From assembly GCA_964016885.1 (NCBI GenBank), contig OZ024742.1, positions 368,032,001-368,096,000 of the forward strand: a stretch of 64,000 nucleotides of DNA. The letters are read 5' to 3'. Positions 38,601 to 50,850 of this stretch are shown piece by piece. The position numbers and the translations under genes were made by a program. This DNA is from Eledone cirrhosa (Eukaryota). Under the pieces are notes generated by a model that searched no databases, was not told where the DNA came from, and saw only the letters and a list, made by a program, of their open reading frames with translations. The first letter of the stretch is position 1. Each line of letters begins with the position of its first letter.

Positions 38601-40089
38601 AGAGTGGTTTACTATGTTGTGTCAGTGAGTGGTTTACTATGTTGTGTCAGTGTGAGAGTGGTTTACTATGTTGTGTCAGTGAGTGGTTTACTATGTTTTG
38701 TCAGTGAGAGGGTGGTTTACTATGTTGTGTCTGTGAGAGAGTGGTTTACTATGTTGTGTCTGTGAGAGAGTGGTTTACTATGTTGTGTCTGTGAGTGGTT
38801 TACTATGTTCTGTCAGTGAGAGAGTGGTTAACTATGTTGTGTCAGTGAGAGAGTGGTTTACTATGTTGTGTCAGTGAGAGAGTGGTTTACTATGTTGTGT
38901 CTGTGAGTGGTTTACTATGTTGTGTCAGTGAGAGAGTGGTTTACTATGTTGTGTCTGTCAGTGGTTTACTATGTTCTGTCAGTGAGTGGTTTAATATGTT
39001 GTGTCAGTGAGAGAGTGGTTTACTATGTTGTGTCTGTGAGTGGTTTACTATGTTGTGTAAGTGAGTGGTTTAATATGTTGTGTCAGTGAGAGAGTGGTTT
39101 ACTATGTTGTGTCAGTGAGAGGGTGCTTTACTATGTTGTGTCAATGAGTGGTTTACTATGTTGTGTCAGTGAGAGAGTGGTTTACTATGTTGTGTCAGTG
39201 AGTGGTTTACTATGTTGTGTCAGTGAGAGAGTGGTTTACTATGTTGTGTCAGTGAGTGGTTTACTATGTTGTGTCTGTGAGAGAGTGGTTTACTATGTTG
39301 TGTCTGTGAGAGAGTGGTTTACTATGTTGTGTCAGTGAGTGGTTTACTATGTTGTGTCAGTGAGAGAGTGGTTTACTATGTTGTGTCAGTGAGTGGTTTA
39401 CTATGTTGTGTCTGTGAGAGAGTGGTTTACTATGTTGTGTCTGTGAGAGAGTGGTTTACTATGTTGTGTCAGTGGGTGGTTTACTATGTTGTGTCAGTGA
39501 GAGAGTGGTTTACTATGTTGTGTCAATGAGTGGTTTACTATGTTTTGTCTGTGAGAGAGTGGTTTACTATGTTGTGTCTGTGAGAGAGTGGTTTACTATG
39601 TTGTGTCAGTGAGTGGTTTACTATGTTGTGTCAGTGAGAAAGTGGTTTACTATGTTGTCTCAGTGAGAGAGTGGTTTACTATGTTGTGTCAGTGAGAGAG
39701 TGGTTTACTATGTTGTGTCTGTGAGTGGTTTACTATGTTGTGTCAGTGAGTGGTTTACTATGTTCTGTCAGTGACAGAGTGGTTTACTATGTTGTGTCAG
39801 TGAGTGGTTTACTATGTTGTGTCAGTGAGTGGTTTACTATGTTGTGTCAGTGAGTGGTTTACTATGTTGTGTCAGTGACAGAGTGGTTTACTATGTTGTG
39901 TCAGTGAGTGGTTTACTATGTTGTGTCAGTGAGTGGTTTACTATGTTGAGTCAGTGAGTGGTTTACTATGTTGTGTCAGTGAGAGAGTGGTTTACTATGT
40001 TGTGTCAGTGAGTGGTTTACTATGTTGTGTCAGTGAGTGGTTTACTATGTTGTGTCAGTGAGTGGTTTACTATGTTGTGTCAGTGAGTG

Positions 40090-43000
40090 GTTTACTATGT
40101 TGTGTCAGTGAGAGAGTGGTTTACTATGTTGTGTCTGTGAGAGAGTGGTTTACTATGTTGTGTCAGTGAGTGGTTTACTATGTTGTGTCTGTGAGAGAGA
40201 GGTTTACTATGTTGTGTCTGTGAGTGGTTTACTATGTTGTGTCAGTGAGAGAGTGGTTTACTATGTTGTGTCAGTGAGTGGTTTACTATGTTGTGTCAGT
40301 GTGAGAGTGGTTTACTATGTTGTGTCAGTGAGTGGTTTACTATGTTGTGTCAGTGAGTGGTTTACTATGTTGTGTCAGTGAGTGGGTGGTTTACTATGTT
40401 GTGTCTGTGAGAGAGTGGTTTACTATGTTGTGTCTGTGAGAGAGTGGTTTACTATGTTGTGTCTGTGAGTGGTTTACTATGTTCTGTCTGTGAGAGAGTG
40501 GTTTACTATGTTCTGTCAGTAAGAGAGTGGTTTACTATGTTCTGTCAGTGAGAGAGTGGTTTACTATGTTGTGTCAGTAAGAGAGTGGTTTACTATGTTG
40601 TGTCTGTGAGTGGTGTACTACGTTGTGTCAGTGAGAGAGTGGTTTACTATGTTGTGTCTGTCAGTGGTTTACTATGTTCTGTCAGTGAGTGGTTTAATAT
40701 GTTGTGTCAGTGAGAGAGTGGTTTACTATGTTGTGTCTGAGAGTGGTTTACTATGTTGTGTCAGTGAGTGGTTTAATATGTTGTGTCAGTGAGAGAGTGG
40801 TTTACTATGTTGTGTCAGTGAGAGGGTGGTTTACTATGTTGTGTCAATGAGTGGTTTACTATGTTGTGTCAGTGAGAGAGTGGTTTACTATGTTGTGTCA
40901 GTGAGTGGTTTACTATGTTGTGTCAGTGAGAGAGTGGTTTATTATGTTGTGTCAGTGAGTGGTTTACTATGTTGTGTCTGTGAGAGAGTGGTTTACTATG
41001 TTGTGTCTGTGAGAGAGTGGTTCACTATGTTGTGTCAGTGAGTGGTTTACTATGTTGTGTCAGTGAGAGAGTGGTTTACTATGTTGTGTCAGTGAGTGGT
41101 TTACTATGTTGTGTCTGTGAGAGAGTGGTTTACTATGTTGTGTCTGTGAGAGAGTGGTTTACTATGTTGTGTCAGTGAGTGGTTTACTATGTTGTGTCAG
41201 TGAGAGAGTGGTTTACTATGTTGTGTCAATGAGTGGTTTACTATGTTGTGTCTGTGAGAGAGTGGTTTACTATGTTGTGTCAGTGAGTGGTTTACTATGT
41301 TGTGTCAGTGAGAGAGTGGTTTACTATGTTGTGTCAGTGAGTGGTTTACTATGTTGTGTCAGTGAGAGAGTGGTTTACTATGTTGTGTCAGTGAGAGAGT
41401 GGTTAACTATGTTGTGTCAGTGAGTGGTTTACTATGTTGTGTCAGTGACAGAGTGGTTTACTATGTTGTGTCAGTGAGTGGTTTACTATGTTGTGTCAGT
41501 GAGTGGTTTACTATGTTGTATCAGTGAGTGGTTTACTATGTTGTGTCAGTGAGTGGTTTACTATGTTGTGTCAGTGAGAGAGTGGTTTACTATGTTGTGT
41601 CAGTGAGTGGTTTACTATGTTGTGTCAGTGAGAGAGTGGTTTACTATGTTGTGTCAGTGAGAGAGTGGTTTACTATGTTGTGTCAGTGAGTGGTTTACTA
41701 TGTTGTGTCAGTGAGTGGTTTACTATGTTGTGTCAGTGAGTGGTTTACTATGTTGAGTCAGTGAGTGGTTTACTATGTTGGTTCAGTGAGAGAGTGGTTT
41801 ACTATGTTGCGTCAGTGAGTGGTTTACTATGTTGTGTCAGTGAGTGGTTTACTATGTTGTGTCAGTGAGAGGGTGGTTTACTATGTTGTGTCAGTGACAG
41901 AGTGGTTTACTATGTTGTGTCAGTGAGAGAGTGGTTTACTATGTTGTTTCAGTGAGAGAGTGGTTTACTATGTTGTGTCAGTGAGTGGTTTACTATGTTG
42001 TGTCAGTGAGAGAGTGGTTTACTATGTTGTGTCTGTGAGAGAGTGGTTTACTATGTTGTGTCAGTGAGTGGTTTACTATGTTGTGTCTGTGAGAGAGAGG
42101 TTTACTATGTTGTGTCTGTGAGTGGTTTACTATGTTGTGTCAGTGAGAGAGTGGTTTACTATGTTGTGTCAGTGAGTGGTTTACTATGTTGTGTCAGTGT
42201 GAGAGTGGTTTACTATGTTGTGTCAGTGAGTGGTTTACTATGTTGTGTCAGTGAGTGGTTTACTATGTTGTGTCAGTGAGTGGGTGGTTTACTATGTTGT
42301 GTCTGTGAGAGAGTGGTTTACTATGTTGTGTCTGTGAGAGAGTGGTTTACTATGTTGTGTCTGTGAGTGGTTTACTATGTTCTGTCTGTGAGAGAGTGGT
42401 TTACTATGTTCTGTCAGTAAGAGAGTGGTTTACTATGTTCTGTCAGTGAGAGAGTGGTTTACTATGTTGTGTCAGTAAGAGAGTGGTTTACTATGTTGTG
42501 TCTGTGAGTGGTGTACTACGTTGTGTCAGTGAGAGAGTGGTTTACTATGTTGTGTCTGTCAGTGGTTTACTATGTTCTGTCAGTGAGTGGTTTAATATGT
42601 TGTGTCAGTGAGAGAGTGGTTTACTATGTTGTGTCTGAGAGTGGTTTACTATGTTGTGTCAGTGAGTGGTTTAATATGTTGTGTCAGTGAGAGAGTGGTT
42701 TACTATGTTGTGTCAGTGAGAGGGTGGTTTACTATGTTGTGTCAATGAGTGGTTTACTATGTTGTGTCAGTGAGAGAGTGGTTTACTATGTTGTGTCAGT
42801 GAGTGGTTTACTATGTTGTGTCAGTGAGAGAGTGGTTTATTATGTTGTGTCAGTGAGTGGTTTACTATGTTGTGTCTGTGAGAGAGTGGTTTACTATGTT
42901 GTGTCTGTGAGAGAGTGGTTCACTATGTTGTGTCAGTGAGTGGTTTACTATGTTGTGTCAGTGAGAGAGTGGTTTACTATGTTGTGTCAGTGAGTGGTTT

Positions 43001-43950
43001 ACTATGTTGTGTCTGTGAGAGAGTGGTTTACTATGTTGTGTCTGTGAGAGAGTGGTTTACTATGTTGTGTCAGTGAGTGGTTTACTATGTTGTGTCAGTG
43101 AGAGAGTGGTTTACTATGTTGTGTCAATGAGTGGTTTACTATGTTGTGTCTGTGAGAGAGTGGTTTACTATGTTGTGTCAGTGAGTGGTTTACTATGTTG
43201 TGTCAGTGAGAGAGTGGTTTACTATGTTGTGTCAGTGAGTGGTTTACTATGTTGTGTCAGTGAGAGAGTGGTTTACTATGTTGTGTCAGTGAGAGAGTGG
43301 TTAACTATGTTGTGTCAGTGAGTGGTTTACTATGTTGTGTCAGTGACAGAGTGGTTTACTATGTTGTGTCAGTGAGTGGTTTACTATGTTGTGTCAGTGA
43401 GTGGTTTACTATGTTGTGTCAGTGAGTGGTTTACTATGTTGTGTCAGTGAGTGGTTTACTATGTTGTGTCAGTGAGAGAGTGGTTTACTATGTTGTGTCA
43501 GTGAGTGGTTTACTATGTTGTGTCAGTGAGAGAGTGGTTTACTATGTTGTGTCAGTGAGAGAGTGGTTTACTATGTTGTGTCAGTGAGTGGTTTACTATG
43601 TTGTGTCAGTGAGTGGTTTACTATGTTGTGTCAGTGAGTGGTTTACTATGTTGAGTCAGTGAGTGGTTTACTATGTTGGTTCAGTGAGAGAGTGGTTTAC
43701 TATGTTGCGTCAGTGAGTGGTTTACTATGTTGTGTCAGTGAGTGGTTTACTATGTTGTGTCAGTGAGAGGGTGGTTTACTATGTTGTGTCAGTGACAGAG
43801 TGGTTTACTATGTTGTGTCAGTGAGAGAGTGGTTTACTATGTTGTTTCAGTGAGAGAGTGGTTTACTATGTTGTGTCAGTGAGTGGTTTACTATGTTGTG
43901 TCAGTGAGAGAGTGGTTTACTATGTTGTGTCTGTGAGAGAGTGGTTTACT
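40090..43950 (+). repeat. 1898-bp tandem duplication
   Basis: ORF-track pairs 40145/42043, 40610/42508, 40826/42724 and 41154/43052 are all offset by 1898. Shared rare variants are GAGTGGGTGG, CAGTAAGAG, GGTGTACTACG, TTGGTTCAG, TTGCGTC and TTGTTTCAG. Confidence 0.9.
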
Positions 43951-46900
43951 ATGTTGTGTCAGTGAGTGGTTTACTATGTTGTGTCAGTGAGAGAGTGGTT
44001 TACTATGTTGTGTCAGTGAGAGAGTGGTTTACTATGTTGTGTCAGTGAGTGGTTTACTATGTTGTGTCAGTGAGAGGGTGGTTTACTATGTTGTGTCAGT
44101 GAGAGAGTGGTTTACTATGTTGTGTCAGTGAGTGGTTTACTATGTTGTGTCAGTGAGAGGGTGGTTTACTATGTTGTGTCAGTGAGTGGTTTACTATGTT
44201 GTGTCAGTGAGTGGTTTACTATGTTGTGTCAGTGAGAGAGTGGTTTACTATGTTGTGTCTGTGAGAGGGTGGTTTACTATGTTGTGTCAGTGAGTGGTTT
44301 ACTATGTTGTGTCAGTGAGTGGTTTACTATATTGTGTCAGTGAGAGAGTGGTTTACTATGTTGTGTCAGTGAGTGGTTTACTATGTTGTGTCAGTGAGTG
44401 GTTTACTATGTTGTGTCAGTGAGAGAGTGGTTTACTATGTTGTGTCAGTGAGAGAGTGGTTTACTATGTTGTGTCAGTGACAGAGTGGTTTACTATGTTG
44501 TGTCAGTGAGTGGTTTACTATGTTGTGTCAGTGAGTGGTTTACTATGTTGTGTCAGTGACAGAGTGGTTTACTATGTTGTGTCAGTGAGTGGTTTACTAT
44601 GTTGTGTCAGTGAGTGGTTTACTATGTTGTGTCAGTGAGAGAGTGGTTTACTATGTTGTGTCAGTGAGAGAGTGGTTTACTATGTTGTGTCAGTGAGTGG
44701 TTTACTATGTTGTGTCAGTGAGTGGTTTACTATGTTGTGTCAGTGAGTGGTTTACTATGTTGAGTCAGTGAGTGGTTTACTATGTTGTGTCAGTGAGAGA
44801 GTGGTTTACTATGTTGTGTCAGTGAGTGGTTTACTATGTTGTGTCAGTGAGTGGTTTACTATGTTGTGTCAGTGAGTGGTTTACTATGTTGTGTCAGTGA
44901 GTGGTTTACTATGTTGTGTCAGTGAGTGGTTTACTATGTTGTGTCTGTGAGAGAGAGGTTTACTATGTTGTGTCTGTGAGTGGTTTACTATGTTGTGTCA
45001 GTGAGAGAGTGGTTTACTATGTTGTGTCAGTGAGTGGTTTACTATGTTGTGTCAGTGAGAGAGTGGTTTACTATGTTGTGTCAGTGAGAGAGTGGTTTAC
45101 TATGTTCTGTCAGTGAGAGAGTGGTTTACTATGTTCTGTCAGTGAGAGAGTGGTTTACTATGTTCTGTCAGTGAGAGAGTGGTTTACTATGTTGTGTCAG
45201 TGAGAGAGTGGTTTACTATGTTGTGTCTGTGAGTGGTTTACTACGTTGTGTCAGTGAGAGAGTGGTTTACTATGTTGTGTCTGTCAGTGGTTTACTATGT
45301 TCTGTCAGTGAGTGGTTTAATATGTTGTGTCAGTGAGAGAGTGGTTTACTATGTTGTGTCTGAGAGTGGTTTACTATGTTGTGTCAGTGAGTGGTTTAAT
45401 ATGTTGTGTCAGTGAGAGAGTGGTTTACTATGTTGTGTCAGTGAGAGGGTGGTTTACTATGTTGTGTCAATGAGTGGTTTACTATGTTGTGTCAGTGAGA
45501 GAGTGGTTTACTATGTTGTGTCAGTGAGTGGTTTACTATGTTGTGTCAGTGAGAGAGTGGTTTACTATGTTGTGTCAGTGAGTGGTTTACTATGTTGTGT
45601 CTGTGAGAGAGTGGTTTACTATGTTGTGTCTGTGAGAGAGTGGTTTACTATGTTGTGTCAGTGAGTGGTTTACTATGTTGTGTCAGTGAGAGAGTGGTTT
45701 ACTATGTTGTGTCAGTGAGTGGTTTACTATGTTGTGTCTGTGAGAGAGTGGTTTACTATGTTGTGTCTGTGAGAGAGTGGTTTACTATGTTGTGTCAGTG
45801 AGTGGTTTACTATGTTGTGTCAGTGAGAGAGTGGTTTACTATGTTGTGTCAATGAGTGGTTTACTATGTTGTGTCTGTGAGAGAGTGGTTTACTATGTTG
45901 TGTCAGTGAGTGGTTTACTATGTTGTGTCAGTGAGAGAGTGGTTTACTATGTTGTGTCAGTGAGTGGTTTACTATGTTGTGTCAGTGAGAGAGTGGTTTA
46001 CTATGTTGTGTCAGTGAGAGAGTGGTTAACTATGTTGTGTCAGTGAGTGGTTTACTATGTTGTGTCAGTGACAGAGTGGTTTACTATGTTGTGTCAGTGA
46101 GTGGTTCACTATGTTGTGTCAGTGAGTGGTTTACTATGTTGTGTCAGTGAGTGGTTTACTATGTTGTGTCAGTGAGTGGTTTACTATGTTGTGTCAGTGA
46201 GAGAGTGGTTTACTATGTTGTGTCAGTGAGTGGTTTACTATGTTCTGTCAGTGAGTGGTTTACTATGTTGTGTCAGTGAGAGAGTGGTTTACTATGTTGT
46301 GTCAGTGAGTGGTTTACTATGTTGTGTCAGTGAGTGGTTTACTATGTTGTGTCAGTGAGTGGTTTACTATGTTGAGTCAGTGAGTGGTTTACTATGTTGG
46401 TTCAGTGAGAGAGTGGTTTACTATGTTGCGTCAGTGAGTGGTTTACTATGTTGTGTCAGTGAGTGGTTTACTATGTTGTGTCAGTGAGAGGGTGGTTTAC
46501 TATGTTGTGTCAGTGACAGAGTGGTTTACTATGTTGTGTCAGTGAGAGAGTGGTTTACTATGTTGTTTCAGTGAGAGAGTGGTTTACTATGTTGTGTCAG
46601 TGAGTGGTTTACTATGTTGTGTCAGTGAGAGAGTGGTTTACTATGTTGTGTCTGTGAGAGAGTGGTTTACTATGTTGTGTCAGTGAGTGGTTTACTATGT
46701 TGTGTCTGTGAGAGAGAGGTTTACTATGTTGTGTCTGTGAGTGGTTTACTATGTTGTGTCAGTGAGAGAGTGGTTTACTATGTTGTGTCAGTGAGTGGTT
46801 TACTATGTTGTGTCAGTGTGAGAGTGGTTTACTATGTTGTGTCAGTGAGTGGTTTACTATGTTGTGTCAGTGAGTGGTTTACTATGTTGTGTCAGTGAGT

Positions 46901-49900
46901 GGGTGGTTTACTATGTTGTGTCTGTGAGAGAGTGGTTTACTATGTTGTGTCTGTGAGAGAGTGGTTTACTATGTTGTGTCTGTGAGTGGTTTACTATGTT
47001 CTGTCTGTGAGAGAGTGGTTTACTATGTTCTGTCAGTAAGAGAGTGGTTTACTATGTTCTGTCAGTGAGAGAGTGGTTTACTATGTTGTGTCAGTAAGAG
47101 AGTGGTTTACTATGTTGTGTCTGTGAGTGGTGTACTACGTTGTGTCAGTGAGAGAGTGGTTTACTATGTTGTGTCTGTCAGTGGTTTACTATGTTCTGTC
47201 AGTGAGTGGTTTAATATGTTGTGTCAGTGAGAGAGTGGTTTACTATGTTGTGTCTGAGAGTGGTTTACTATGTTGTGTCAGTGAGTGGTTTAATATGTTG
47301 TGTCAGTGAGAGAGTGGTTTACTATGTTGTGTCAGTGAGAGGGTGGTTTACTATGTTGTGTCAATGAGTGGTTTACTATGTTGTGTCAGTGAGAGAGTGG
47401 TTTACTATGTTGTGTCAGTGAGTGGTTTACTATGTTGTGTCAGTGAGAGAGTGGTTTATTATGTTGTGTCAGTGAGTGGTTTACTATGTTGTGTCTGTGA
47501 GAGAGTGGTTTACTATGTTGTGTCTGTGAGAGAGTGGTTCACTATGTTGTGTCAGTGAGTGGTTTACTATGTTGTGTCAGTGAGAGAGTGGTTTACTATG
47601 TTGTGTCAGTGAGTGGTTTACTATGTTGTGTCTGTGAGAGAGTGGTTTACTATGTTGTGTCTGTGAGAGAGTGGTTTACTATGTTGTGTCAGTGAGTGGT
47701 TTACTATGTTGTGTCAGTGAGAGAGTGGTTTACTATGTTGTGTCAATGAGTGGTTTACTATGTTGTGTCTGTGAGAGAGTGGTTTACTATGTTGTGTCAG
47801 TGAGTGGTTTACTATGTTGTGTCAGTGAGAGAGTGGTTTACTATGTTGTGTCAGTGAGTGGTTTACTATGTTGTGTCAGTGAGAGAGTGGTTTACTATGT
47901 TGTGTCAGTGAGAGAGTGGTTAACTATGTTGTGTCAGTGAGTGGTTTACTATGTTGTGTCAGTGACAGAGTGGTTTACTATGTTGTGTCAGTGAGTGGTT
48001 TACTATGTTGTGTCAGTGAGTGGTTTACTATGTTGTGTCAGTGAGTGGTTTACTATGTTGTGTCAGTGAGTGGTTTACTATGTTGTGTCAGTGAGAGAGT
48101 GGTTTACTATGTTGTGTCAGTGAGTGGTTTACTATGTTGTGTCAGTGAGAGAGTGGTTTACTATGTTGTGTCAGTGAGAGAGTGGTTTACTATGTTGTGT
48201 CAGTGAGTGGTTTACTATGTTGTGTCAGTGAGTGGTTTACTATGTTGTGTCAGTGAGTGGTTTACTATGTTGAGTCAGTGAGTGGTTTACTATGTTGGTT
48301 CAGTGAGAGAGTGGTTTACTATGTTGCGTCAGTGAGTGGTTTACTATGTTGTGTCAGTGAGTGGTTTACTATGTTGTGTCAGTGAGAGGGTGGTTTACTA
48401 TGTTGTGTCAGTGACAGAGTGGTTTACTATGTTGTGTCAGTGAGAGAGTGGTTTACTATGTTGTTTCAGTGAGAGAGTGGTTTACTATGTTGTGTCAGTG
48501 AGTGGTTTACTATGTTGTGTCAGTGAGAGAGTGGTTTACTATGTTGTGTCTGTGAGAGAGTGGTTTACTATGTTGTGTCAGTGAGTGGTTTACTATGTTG
48601 TGTCAGTGAGAGAGTGGTTTACTATGTTGTGTCAGTGAGAGAGTGGTTTACTATGTTGTGTCAGTGAGTGGTTTACTATGTTGTGTCAGTGAGAGGGTGG
48701 TTTACTATGTTGTGTCAGTGAGAGAGTGGTTTACTATGTTGTGTCAGTGAGTGGTTTACTATGTTGTGTCAGTGAGAGGGTGGTTTACTATGTTGTGTCA
48801 GTGAGTGGTTTACTATGTTGTGTCAGTGAGTGGTTTACTATGTTGTGTCAGTGAGAGAGTGGTTTACTATGTTGTGTCTGTGAGAGGGTGGTTTACTATG
48901 TTGTGTCAGTGAGTGGTTTACTATGTTGTGTCAGTGAGTGGTTTACTATATTGTGTCAGTGAGAGAGTGGTTTACTATGTTGTGTCAGTGAGTGGTTTAC
49001 TATGTTGTGTCAGTGAGTGGTTTACTATGTTGTGTCAGTGAGAGAGTGGTTTACTATGTTGTGTCAGTGAGAGAGTGGTTTACTATGTTGTGTCAGTGAC
49101 AGAGTGGTTTACTATGTTGTGTCAGTGAGTGGTTTACTATGTTGTGTCAGTGAGTGGTTTACTATGTTGTGTCAGTGACAGAGTGGTTTACTATGTTGTG
49201 TCAGTGAGTGGTTTACTATGTTGTGTCAGTGAGTGGTTTACTATGTTGTGTCAGTGAGAGAGTGGTTTACTATGTTGTGTCAGTGAGAGAGTGGTTTACT
49301 ATGTTGTGTCAGTGAGTGGTTTACTATGTTGTGTCAGTGAGTGGTTTACTATGTTGTGTCAGTGAGTGGTTTACTATGTTGAGTCAGTGAGTGGTTTACT
49401 ATGTTGTGTCAGTGAGAGAGTGGTTTACTATGTTGTGTCAGTGAGTGGTTTACTATGTTGTGTCAGTGAGTGGTTTACTATGTTGTGTCAGTGAGTGGTT
49501 TACTATGTTGTGTCAGTGAGTGGTTTACTATGTTGTGTCAGTGAGTGGTTTACTATGTTGTGTCTGTGAGAGAGAGGTTTACTATGTTGTGTCTGTGAGT
49601 GGTTTACTATGTTGTGTCAGTGAGAGAGTGGTTTACTATGTTGTGTCAGTGAGTGGTTTACTATGTTGTGTCAGTGAGAGAGTGGTTTACTATGTTGTGT
49701 CAGTGAGAGAGTGGTTTACTATGTTCTGTCAGTGAGAGAGTGGTTTACTATGTTCTGTCAGTGAGAGAGTGGTTTACTATGTTCTGTCAGTGAGAGAGTG
49801 GTTTACTATGTTGTGTCAGTGAGAGAGTGGTTTACTATGTTGTGTCTGTGAGTGGTTTACTACGTTGTGTCAGTGAGAGAGTGGTTTACTATGTTGTGTC

Positions 49901-50850
49901 TGTCAGTGGTTTACTATGTTCTGTCAGTGAGTGGTTTAATATGTTGTGTCAGTGAGAGAGTGGTTTACTATGTTGTGTCTGAGAGTGGTTTACTATGTTG
50001 TGTCAGTGAGTGGTTTAATATGTTGTGTCAGTGAGAGAGTGGTTTACTATGTTGTGTCAGTGAGAGGGTGGTTTACTATGTTGTGTCAATGAGTGGTTTA
50101 CTATGTTGTGTCAGTGAGAGAGTGGTTTACTATGTTGTGTCAGTGAGTGGTTTACTATGTTGTGTCAGTGAGAGAGTGGTTTACTATGTTGTGTCAGTGA
50201 GTGGTTTACTATGTTGTGTCTGTGAGAGAGTGGTTTACTATGTTGTGTCTGTGAGAGAGTGGTTTACTATGTTGTGTCAGTGAGTGGTTTACTATGTTGT
50301 GTCAGTGAGAGAGTGGTTTACTATGTTGTGTCAGTGAGTGGTTTACTATGTTGTGTCTGTGAGAGAGTGGTTTACTATGTTGTGTCTGTGAGAGAGTGGT
50401 TTACTATGTTGTGTCAGTGAGTGGTTTACTATGTTGTGTCAGTGAGAGAGTGGTTTACTATGTTGTGTCAATGAGTGGTTTACTATGTTGTGTCTGTGAG
50501 AGAGTGGTTTACTATGTTGTGTCAGTGAGTGGTTTACTATGTTGTGTCAGTGAGAGAGTGGTTTACTATGTTGTGTCAGTGAGTGGTTTACTATGTTGTG
50601 TCAGTGAGAGAGTGGTTTACTATGTTGTGTCAGTGAGAGAGTGGTTAACTATGTTGTGTCAGTGAGTGGTTTACTATGTTGTGTCAGTGACAGAGTGGTT
50701 TACTATGTTGTGTCAGTGAGTGGTTCACTATGTTGTGTCAGTGAGTGGTTTACTATGTTGTGTCAGTGAGTGGTTTACTATGTTGTGTCAGTGAGTGGTT
50801 TACTATGTTGTGTCAGTGAGAGAGTGGTTTACTATGTTGTGTCAGTGAGT
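41650..50850 (+). repeat. 4619-bp near-identical tandem duplication
   Basis: Pairs 42043/46662, 42508/47127, 42724/47343, 43052/47671, 44901/49520, 45233/49852, 45449/50068 and 45777/50396 are all offset by exactly 4619. The GGTTCACT variant sits at 46107/50726. Confidence 0.92.
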
